The notes under the pieces: model-generated | Seen by the model: only the letters and a program-made list of their open reading frames with translations | Databases searched by the model: none | Told to the model about the DNA's origin: nothing | Origin: Bugula neritina | Taxonomy: Eukaryota > Animalia > Bryozoa | Assembly: GCA_964035545.1 (NCBI GenBank) | Contig: CAXIUT010000183.1 | Location: 1,054,001-1,118,000, forward strand | Reading direction: 5' to 3' | Length of the DNA stretch: 64,000 nt | Program-made: the position numbers and the translations under genes | Shown here: one piece after another, positions 52,073 to 60,255 of the stretch | Layout: the number at the start of each line of letters is the position of its first letter | Position numbering within the stretch: the first letter of the stretch is position 1

Positions 52073-52291
52073 GTAATTATTGCTATTGTAGTATTTTTGA
52101 CAATCATTTATGGCATTTGTATTATCCTTTTTTTAATATCAATTTTAATAATTTAGATGGTGTATACTGATTTTTATAGCAAGACTTGTTCTTTATTTGA
52201 AGCTTATTAGTTAGTGTCAAATTATCACTGATAAAAGTTTTATCACATATTATCATTCATTATAGCATATTCACAATTTCATTAATTGTAG
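52073..52291 (+). other. Predicted 219-nt GT-AG intron within the LTR (3' LTR copy 59946-60164)
   Basis: Donor CAAG|GTAATT, very AT/T-rich body, acceptor TTTCATTAATTGTAG|. The splice junction recreates the complement of the PBS position. No transcript evidence is available. Confidence 0.5.
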
Positions 52292-52377
52292 TTTTCACGA
52301 CAGTTTTACCAATAAAACATCAGTAGAGACTGAAGACCACATTGTGCCTGTTTACAAACCAGGGATGATAGTTTACA

Positions 52378-52393
52378 GTGAAAACTTGTGACT
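52378..52393 (+). other. Non-canonical primer-binding-site position (GTGAAAACTTGTGACT)
   Basis: Sits directly after the 5' LTR and lacks the TGG that pairs with tRNA CCA. It is complementary to LTR sequence 52290-52298 (9 nt) and to the predicted spliced junction (12 nt). Confidence 0.6.
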
Positions 52394-53090
52394 GGAGTAA
52401 ACAGCTTGCTAATCCTACAACCAGTGGCTTGCGCTAACTTGAGACCAGCGAGACAAACAGCAGCTAGAAAAGACAACTACTGATCCAGCCCCAGCATTGT
52501 TAGATCAGTATAGCATCCATCAACTCTACTGCCAAGTCTCCAGCATTGTCAACAACAGCTACACTGCCAACCACTATAGCAACCAGCACTCACACTCCTG
52601 TCATACATACAAGTTACAGCTAAGTAACCATTACTTCTAAGAATTCATTCACCGCTAATCACACAAGTTAGCAGTATCAGACTCATTGGAATTCAGTAGA
52701 ACGTTGCTAGCTTTGATCAAACATTACACAGAAACTATTTTTTATCACACAAGACTTGATTAAAAAATAATTTCTTTTCTGAGTATTGTAATATTGAAAA
52801 TATTTGTCTTTTTGTAGTCATAGGGAATCATTTCCTTATACTCATTCTGTAAATCTGTTCTTTATATTATTTATCACTGACACTAGGTATCAAATTTACT
52901 TGTGTAATAGTGAAATCATACATATAGAGGCAGTCTTATACTGCAAGTAGGTGCAGTATTCAATTTTCAAATTCAGCTACATATATTAGACAAATACTAC
53001 TTAGTTTTGCATGCACTATTGCACAATCATACATTAGAAACTTTTTGAGAGCAATTAATTTCATTGGCTGGCACTCAAATTCAGTAGCCT

Positions 53091-56000
53091 ATGAGTCATT
53101 ATCATAGCGCACGGCTGCGTGTTCAGCAACACTTAGAGCATATAAAAATATCATTAGAAATTATTAGTGAATTCCATTTGCTAGTAACTCGAGAATTGGC
53201 GGACAACATTACATTAATTCGCGCAAAAGAGCTGCGAAAACAGCTTCTAAACAATCAAACTGTACAAGAAGCCGAACAACATTTAACAGAAGCTCGCGGT
53301 TTAGGTATAAGTGAGGAGAAGCTGCGAAATATACTGCGTGAATTTGATCGTATTGCAGGCGATAGAAAAACTATTTTAACAAAACTTGAGCATTGGCTTC
53401 ATGCAATGGACGCCAATAGTTCTGACGGCGAAAATAGCACTTTCAAAATAGCAAAAGTTGATGTAAGATCTCGCGTGTTACCATCCATCCCTCCCTCAAA
53501 TATTTCAAAAATTGTCAAATCGCATGCTAGTCATTCCTCGAGTAAGTCAAAAAATTCAGTTGAGTCGGAACGCGCTGGGCCTGCCAAATCCGTCAGCGTA
53601 CATAGTTCTGATTATCAATCTAATCACTCCAAGTCAAAGAAATCTCATCATTCTAGTCACCATATTGGCAATTCCAGACATTCTGGATCTAGTGACATAT
53701 CCTCATCTCATGCACCTGATTCCGCTAGTGGTTCTTGGAAAACAAGAACTACTGGTACATCTAGATCCTCCAAATCTAATGCATCATACTATAAAGCTCA
53801 ATTAGCTAAATCTGCGGCTAAAGTTGCTGCTGCTGAAGCAAAGTTTCAAGCAGAGTGTGAAGCTCGGCAGGTTGAAGAGGAAATACAGCGTCTTGAGCTC
53901 AAGCACAAAGAGCAAATCCTCACTCGCAAAGGCCACATTGCCGAGCTGAAACTCAAAGCTGAAATCGATGCAGAGAAAGCTCAGCTCAATGCATTTCAGC
54001 AAGCCCTAGACGATGAGCTTGAAACTGAGCTTAGAGATACTCTCATGAGACCCCCTTCTAGAGCATCTCATAACTCATCGAAGCCTTCACCATTTCTGCA
54101 TTCTCCACATCATATTGACCTCTCAAATCAATTCCCATCAACTGGAGGTCAACCAGCTCACGATATAAAGCAGTCTTTAATGACTAAGGAGGAGTTGCCT
54201 CACCAAAGCCCAGGTATCCACAAAGATCCTTATGAACAATATCCACAAGTCAACTCAGCTGCTCATCTTCCCACACACCAAAATACTCATCCCACACATA
54301 CACACTTGCAATCACCTAACCCACTTACCAATCTGACCACTACAGATTTCTCCGCTGCTATAGGGAAGAGTATAGGTGACTCAATGGCCGCCGCTATGAC
54401 AATGCAAGCCAATCATCTTCCCACTCCTGACAAGTTTACTGGTGATCCGCTTGAGTACGCAGATTGGAAGCTGGCCTTTGATGGTTTGATTGGTTCTTGT
54501 CCATATACCGATTTACAGAAGCTCCATTTGTTGAGAGAGTATGTGGATGGCGATGCCAAGCAGGCTATAAGGGGCTATTTTTCATTGCAAAGTTCAAATG
54601 CGTATCAAGATGCATTACATGCTCTCGAAACTAAGTTTGGTTCGGAAGAGCTGATTGAAGAGCAGTTTCTAGACCGACTAGAAGCATGGCCTAGAGTAAC
54701 TGATGCCAAATCTCTCAAGAGTTACAGTTACTTCTTGAACCAATGTCTATCTGCCTCAAGGCAGATATCTGGTTTGAAAGTCCTGGACAGAAAACGGGAG
54801 AACAAAAAGCTAGCGAGTGTTCTGCCCAACAACCTTCAAGAACGATGGTTAAGACATGCCATTGCAGAGGAGGAAAAGAGAAAAGTGTTCCCTTCCTTTC
54901 ATAAATTTGCAGACTTTGTAGCACATGAGGCTAAAATTTCTTGTAGCAATTTGAGAGAAAAATATAAAAGTGGGTCCAGTAAAACTGCATTCAAGCCAAT
55001 CACCAAACAAAACAACAGCAAACACTCAATTACATTAAAATCTGAAACAACATTACCAACACCAATAGTTTCAAAAACTTCAGAATTAGTCAAAAATCAA
55101 CAAAAACATGCTAATAAGTCACAACACACTGACAGCCAGTCAGCAAAACAACAAAACAGCCTGTCATTTGACCAAAAGCAGAGAAAAGAACCAGAATGTG
55201 CATACTGCCTCTCAAACAAAAAACCCAGATGGAAACACCACACTGCTCACTGCTGGAATTTAGCAAAACTTTCTGCTCAACAAGTAAATGACTTCCTTGC
55301 TAGCAACAGCTTATGTTTCAAATGTGCCGTAAGCGGTCACAGTTACAAAAACTGCAACATGAAACCAGTATGTGAGACATGTAAGCAAGCTCATCCCACA
55401 ACATTTCACCAGAAATACACATCTCAACCCACAAAGCAAGCAGATGAAAGTAAAATGCAATGTTCAAACCAAAATAAAGATAGCACAGTATGCAATAATC
55501 TTTCCATAAATACATCACAAACACTCATGTCTATGACTCTTCCTGTTTGGGTTTCTTCTGTCAAAGATCCACATACAAAAGTATTAACATATGCCAACCT
55601 TGACTCAGGCAGCGACTCATGTTATATAACCAATTCTATTGTTGAACAACTCACATGCACCAAAAAACCAACTAAACTGCCAATGGCAACAATGACACAC
55701 CAAAACTTTGAGCTAGATACAATGGTAACCGATGACCTAATCATCAAAGGATATAGCTGCAATAAGGAGGTGAAACTTCCTAATGTGTATTCTGCAGAAG
55801 AAATACCTGCTAAGTATGAGTCTATTCCACAGGCGGGTGCTCTTACCGCCTGGCCACATTTACAAGACTTGGCAAAAAACATGGTCAAGGGACAAAACAT
55901 TTCAGTAGGTCTACTCATTGGAGGCAACTGCCCATTAGCCTTCAAACCTAGAGAGGTAGTAGTGGGAAACGACGCAGACGATGAACCATTTAGCGTACGT

Positions 56001-59000
56001 ACTGACCTAGGGTGGGTTATCATGGGTAGTCTAGCTACAAATAACACACATGATGACAATTCAGGCAGCAAAACAACAATAGTCAATAAAACCGTAACTC
56101 ATTCACCCAAGAAAGCTAAAACCACGGTATCTTTCAAATGCCAAACTGAAACATCAAAACAAATTAACAAAATAATAAATATATTGGCTCAAGATTTCAA
56201 GGAATGTGTAACAGACAAAGAAGCGGCTTCTGTAGAAGACCGAGCATTTTTGTCTCTCATGAAACAAGAAACAAAGATCATTGATGGTCATGTCACCATG
56301 CCTCTACCTTTCAAACACAAACCACCACGAAATAACAGTTTTAAAACAGCAAAAAACCGATTCAATTCACTACTGAAAAAGTTCTCTAAGAATCAAAACT
56401 TGGAAAACCAGTACAAAAAGTTCATGGAAGACCTCATTAGCAAGGGTGAGGCTGAAATAGTTCCACAAGGCTTAGCTAGCCATGAGGACAGCACATGGTA
56501 CATACCACATTTCGAGGTATGGCATCCAAAGAAGCCAGGCAAGATTAGAGTAGTCTTCGATGGTGCTGCAAAGACAGATGGAAAGTGCATAAACGACTAT
56601 CTCATGACAGGTCCAGATCATCTAAACAGTCTAACTGGTATCCTCCTTCGCTTCCGCCAGGAACAGATTGCTGTTACATGTGATATTGAGCGAATGTTTC
56701 ACCAATTTCGTGTTGCAACGGAAGATACAGATTATCTCCGATTTTTCTGGCTAGATGAACGTGGTGAAATAGCAGTGTTCCGCATAAAAGTGCATGTGTT
56801 TGGAGCGACCTCGTCTCCTGCATGTGCAACATATGGCCTACGTTATCTGGCTGACCAATACAGCACAGATGATCCATCAAGTCAACAAGCCCGAAACTTC
56901 ATTAGAAATCAGTTCTATGTGGATGACGGCTTGCTTAGTATGCCTGACGCAACATCTGCAACAAAAGTACTTACTGAGGCAATGAGAATTTGCCAACAAG
57001 GTAAAGTACACTTGCACAAGATTCTTTCTAACGAGAAAGAAGTATTAAATTCATTCCCCAAATCTGAACAATCTGCAACTCTGCATGATCTTGACCTAAA
57101 CTCTGACTGTCTTCCAACTGAAAGAACTTTGGGATTGATGTGGAATTCTGAGCAAGATTCCTTTCAGTTTCAAGTTAATCTCGCTAATAAGCCCAACACT
57201 AGACGAGGTGTGCTCTCAAATGTAGCCTCGGTCTTTGATCCACTTGGCCTCATATCACCGGTTATACTGCAAGGTAAAATGGTTCTCCAAGATCTTTGCA
57301 GAAAACATTTAGACTGGGATGATCCTTTAGATGAAAGCATGCTGGCAAAATGGTTGCCATGGAAACAAAGCCTCAACGATCTTGAACACCTATCAATTCC
57401 TAGAAACTACGTACCATCATCATTTGGAACACCTGCTAAGGTTGAGCTCCATACCTTTAGCGACGCGAGTACAACGGGCTACGGCCAATGCTCCTACTTG
57501 CGATTTGTAAGCCCAGCCAAACGTGTGCATGTTGCTTTAATCTGTAGCAAAGGTCGTGTCACTCCGCTCAAAGCTATTACTGTTCCCAGATTGGAACTTC
57601 AAGCAGCACGTGGGGCTGTAGATTTAAGCCTCAAGGCAGCAGAAGAGCTAGGTATGGACAATGTAGCTCAGTACTTTTATTCTGACTCAGAAGTAGTTCT
57701 TGGTTATATAAAGAACACACAGGCTAGATATCACACATTTGTTGCAAATCGAGTTCAGCAAATCCGTGACGGCTCCAATGCCGACAACTGGTTTCATGTC
57801 CCAACTAAACTCAACCCTGCAGATCATGCATCACGTGGGTTATCACCAAAGCAAATTTTCTCTCCTGAGTGCATTTGGTTCACAGGACCAGACTTCTTGT
57901 GGAATGAACCTCTCATACTCCCTCATCAGAAAAAATTCATCAACTCACATGACGATCAAGAAGTGAAAGTTTCATTAGCCACTCAACACATCCTTGCTCC
58001 TCTTAGTCAGCGTATAACCATTTTCTCTAACCTAGATTACACTCTTAAGGTTATTGCTAGAATCCAAACAGCACTATGCAAAACCCCTCTCACTCAGCAA
58101 GAGAAACGCCAAAAAGCGTTACACTCTTTGGTCAAGTCAGTTCAATCAGAATTCTTCACTCCAGAAATCAAGCAACTCCAACAAACTCAGACTACATCTA
58201 AGCATAGCTCCATTGCAAAACTATGCCCATTTCTAGATAAGGCGGGTCTACTCAGGGTGGGAGGAAGGCTACAAAACAGTAAATTGCTATCATTCGAAGA
58301 AAAACATCCTTTACTCTTACCTAAGCATAGTCATCTCACTATGCTTATCATAAATGACACACATGCAAAACTAGGACACCTTGGCTTAGAGTATACTCTG
58401 TCTAAAATAAGATCACAGGGATTTTGGATCATCGGTGGTAAATCCACAATTTCATCAAAGCTACGTCTCTGTGTAACATGTAAAAGAATCAAAGCTAAAC
58501 CCTTGACACCACAAATGGCAACATTACCATCAGTGAGAGTTAACGAAGCCCCTCCTTTCACCCACTGTGGATTAGATTGTTTCGGCCCTTTTATTGTCAA
58601 GAATGGTAGAAAGGAATCGAAACGATATGGCTTGATAGTCACATGTATGGCCTCACGAGCTGTTCACATTGAACTTTTAGAGGACATGACTACTGACAGC
58701 TTTATAAACGCTATCAGGACTGTGGTAGCCATTAGGGGTCCAATTCAGACAATTCAATCAGACCAAGGTACCAACTTCATTGGTGCCGCGAGTCTTCTAC
58801 AAAGTGATGGGACCGACAGCAAACTTAAATCTATGAACATCACAATGAATTTCAACCCTCCTCACTCTAGCAATTTTGGAGGAGTGTGGGAAAGGCAGAT
58901 AAGGACTATCCGCTCTGTGCTACAAGGCCTTGGAACGAGACATGGTGGGAGGCTCTCTACCTCTTTGCTACGAACTTTGTTTTATGAAGTGATGGCCATC

Positions 59001-59459
59001 ATAAACTGTCGCCCATTAACCTCAACAACTGATGACATGCTTCCAATCACCCCAAACATGTTGTTGACTATGAAGTCTGACGTTGTTCTACCACCTCCAA
59101 GCACATTTGAGGAGGCAGACATATATGCGAGGAAGCGTTGGAGAGTGGTCCAGCAGTTGGCAAATGAATTTTGGACACGCTGGCGCAAGCAATACTTGCT
59201 CTATTTACAGTCGCGGCAAAAATGGGTAAATAAAGTACCAGAGATCAAGGTGGGGGATATCGTTCTACTGTGTGATGACAATACAGTAAGAAATCAGTGG
59301 CCTTTAGCACGTGTCGTAGAATGCAACCTGTCTCATGACAGCGTTGTTAGATCAGTTAAGGTGCTTGTTGGTAGTAAAACATACCCCAAAGACTCCAATA
59401 AAAGAGTCTATTTAATTCGACCAATATCAAAATTAGTTGTACTAGTCCGATCGAGCTAA
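53091..59459 (+). CDS. gag-pol: BEL/Pao Gag-Pol polyprotein, 2122 aa (Gag with three Cys/His knuckles, aspartic protease, reverse transcriptase, RNase H, integrase)
   Basis: Gag core FTGDPLEYADWKLAF. Knuckles CAYC..HHTAHC, CFKCAVSGHSYKNC and CETCKQAHPTTFH (55197-55409). Protease LDSGS (D at 55602). RT KPGKIRVVFD, DIERMFHQ, FGATSSP, YVDD (56916-56927). RNase H HTFSDAS, PRLELQAA, YSDSEVVL, NPADHASRG. Integrase H-H-CVTC, GLDCFGP (58575), SDQGTNF (58761), GVWER (58890) and C-terminal FWTRWRKQYL...WPLARV. No stops or frameshifts; the start codon is the ORF-track ATG and is unverified. Confidence 0.96.
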   Translation: MSHYHSARLRVQQHLEHIKISLEIISEFHLLVTRELADNITLIRAKELRKQLLNNQTVQEAEQHLTEARGLGISEEKLRNILREFDRIAGDRKTILTKLEHWLHAMDANSSDGENSTFKIAKVDVRSRVLPSIPPSNISKIVKSHASHSSSKSKNSVESERAGPAKSVSVHSSDYQSNHSKSKKSHHSSHHIGNSRHSGSSDISSSHAPDSASGSWKTRTTGTSRSSKSNASYYKAQLAKSAAKVAAAEAKFQAECEARQVEEEIQRLELKHKEQILTRKGHIAELKLKAEIDAEKAQLNAFQQALDDELETELRDTLMRPPSRASHNSSKPSPFLHSPHHIDLSNQFPSTGGQPAHDIKQSLMTKEELPHQSPGIHKDPYEQYPQVNSAAHLPTHQNTHPTHTHLQSPNPLTNLTTTDFSAAIGKSIGDSMAAAMTMQANHLPTPDKFTGDPLEYADWKLAFDGLIGSCPYTDLQKLHLLREYVDGDAKQAIRGYFSLQSSNAYQDALHALETKFGSEELIEEQFLDRLEAWPRVTDAKSLKSYSYFLNQCLSASRQISGLKVLDRKRENKKLASVLPNNLQERWLRHAIAEEEKRKVFPSFHKFADFVAHEAKISCSNLREKYKSGSSKTAFKPITKQNNSKHSITLKSETTLPTPIVSKTSELVKNQQKHANKSQHTDSQSAKQQNSLSFDQKQRKEPECAYCLSNKKPRWKHHTAHCWNLAKLSAQQVNDFLASNSLCFKCAVSGHSYKNCNMKPVCETCKQAHPTTFHQKYTSQPTKQADESKMQCSNQNKDSTVCNNLSINTSQTLMSMTLPVWVSSVKDPHTKVLTYANLDSGSDSCYITNSIVEQLTCTKKPTKLPMATMTHQNFELDTMVTDDLIIKGYSCNKEVKLPNVYSAEEIPAKYESIPQAGALTAWPHLQDLAKNMVKGQNISVGLLIGGNCPLAFKPREVVVGNDADDEPFSVRTDLGWVIMGSLATNNTHDDNSGSKTTIVNKTVTHSPKKAKTTVSFKCQTETSKQINKIINILAQDFKECVTDKEAASVEDRAFLSLMKQETKIIDGHVTMPLPFKHKPPRNNSFKTAKNRFNSLLKKFSKNQNLENQYKKFMEDLISKGEAEIVPQGLASHEDSTWYIPHFEVWHPKKPGKIRVVFDGAAKTDGKCINDYLMTGPDHLNSLTGILLRFRQEQIAVTCDIERMFHQFRVATEDTDYLRFFWLDERGEIAVFRIKVHVFGATSSPACATYGLRYLADQYSTDDPSSQQARNFIRNQFYVDDGLLSMPDATSATKVLTEAMRICQQGKVHLHKILSNEKEVLNSFPKSEQSATLHDLDLNSDCLPTERTLGLMWNSEQDSFQFQVNLANKPNTRRGVLSNVASVFDPLGLISPVILQGKMVLQDLCRKHLDWDDPLDESMLAKWLPWKQSLNDLEHLSIPRNYVPSSFGTPAKVELHTFSDASTTGYGQCSYLRFVSPAKRVHVALICSKGRVTPLKAITVPRLELQAARGAVDLSLKAAEELGMDNVAQYFYSDSEVVLGYIKNTQARYHTFVANRVQQIRDGSNADNWFHVPTKLNPADHASRGLSPKQIFSPECIWFTGPDFLWNEPLILPHQKKFINSHDDQEVKVSLATQHILAPLSQRITIFSNLDYTLKVIARIQTALCKTPLTQQEKRQKALHSLVKSVQSEFFTPEIKQLQQTQTTSKHSSIAKLCPFLDKAGLLRVGGRLQNSKLLSFEEKHPLLLPKHSHLTMLIINDTHAKLGHLGLEYTLSKIRSQGFWIIGGKSTISSKLRLCVTCKRIKAKPLTPQMATLPSVRVNEAPPFTHCGLDCFGPFIVKNGRKESKRYGLIVTCMASRAVHIELLEDMTTDSFINAIRTVVAIRGPIQTIQSDQGTNFIGAASLLQSDGTDSKLKSMNITMNFNPPHSSNFGGVWERQIRTIRSVLQGLGTRHGGRLSTSLLRTLFYEVMAIINCRPLTSTTDDMLPITPNMLLTMKSDVVLPPPSTFEEADIYARKRWRVVQQLANEFWTRWRKQYLLYLQSRQKWVNKVPEIKVGDIVLLCDDNTVRNQWPLARVVECNLSHDSVVRSVKVLVGSKTYPKDSNKRVYLIRPISKLVVLVRSS

Positions 59460-59497
59460 ACATACATTCAAAATTACAAGTCACTTTTAGAAATTTC

Positions 59498-59506
59498 AGG
59501 TGGGAG
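59498..59506 (+). other. Polypurine tract (plus-strand primer), AGGTGGGAG
   Basis: Purine-rich run immediately abutting the 3' LTR TG, the canonical PPT position. Confidence 0.85.
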
Positions 59507-60250
59507 TGTAATTAATTGGAATGCCAGTGAAATTTCTTGCTCTCATCAAAACAAACAAAGTTAACCAACGTGCCCATAATTAGAAAACCATTACATTAGT
59601 CATGTATATGTAGCTGTTTTGCTTTTATAGCTATGACAAATTTGCACACGAAAGTCAACGAGATTTCCTCATGTGTATGATTCACTATGACTAAGTTATA
59701 TAAATAGTTTTTTACACCATCAGCTTCCTGAAATGATTCATCCATTGAAGTATATTTTACTCTCAGCTCTCATTCTATGCTACACTTTCAGTCAGCTAAC
59801 ATGTAGCATAGACTGCTGAGTAACTTTTCACTTATGTTATATTAAATATTTTGTTGCATTTAAATCAATATTGTCAAAGTAGAGAATAAATACCTACTAC
59901 ATTAACATCAAAGTTATAAGCTTCATTCCTGGATGGTCTAACAAGGTAATTATTGCTATTGTAGTATTTTTGACAATCATTTATGGCATTTGTATTATCC
60001 TTTTTTTAATATCAATTTTAATAATTTAGATGGTGTATACTGATTTTTATAGCAAGACTTGTTCTTTATTTGAAGCTTATTAGTTAGTGTCAAATTATCA
60101 CTGATAAAAGTTTTATCACATATTATCATTCATTATAGCATATTCACAATTTCATTAATTGTAGTTTTCACGACAGTTTTACCAATAAAACATCAGTAGA
60201 GACTGAAGACCACATTGTGCCTGTTTACAAACCAGGGATGATAGTTTACA
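59507..60250 (+). repeat. 3' LTR (744 bp)
   Basis: Copy of the 5' LTR at offset 7873. The only difference seen by eye is C52050 vs T59923. Confidence 0.97.
60184..60189 (+). terminator. Candidate polyadenylation signal AATAAA in the 3' LTR (5' copy 52311-52316)
   Basis: AATAAA 61 nt before the LTR end, followed by a TTGTGCCTGTTT GU-rich stretch, as expected near an R/U5 boundary. Confidence 0.6.
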
Positions 60251-60255
60251 CTGCA
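60251..60255 (+). other. Target-site duplication, right copy (CTGCA)
   Basis: Directly follows the 3' LTR ...TTTACA. Confidence 0.93.

Larger units (their letters stand above)
51634..52377 (+). repeat. 5' LTR (744 bp)
   Basis: Starts TGTAATTAATTGG and ends GATAGTTTACA (5-bp terminal inverted repeat TGTAA/TTACA). Matches 59507-60250. Confidence 0.97.
51634..60250 (+). mobile_element. Full-length BEL/Pao (Belpaoviridae) LTR retrotransposon, 8617 bp
   Basis: Two 744-bp direct repeats with TGTAA...TTACA ends, flanking CTGCA duplication, PPT, and a single ORF with domain order gag-PR-RT-RH-IN and BEL/Pao signature motifs (KIRVVFD, YVDD, SDAS, VPRLELQAA, NPAD.ASRG). Confidence 0.97.

Noticed and set aside
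52378-52400. Canonical tRNA primer-binding site
   Set aside because: No TGG adjacent to the LTR end; the nearest is at 52393, too far to define the observed LTR boundary. Priming by an internal tRNA fragment cannot be excluded without a search.
53512-59188. Small alternative-frame and antisense ORFs inside the polyprotein (60-154 aa)
   Set aside because: Shadow ORFs of a long coding sequence with no recognisable motifs.
59460-59506. env-like or extra ORF after integrase
   Set aside because: Only 47 bp separate the stop codon from the 3' LTR, so there is no room.
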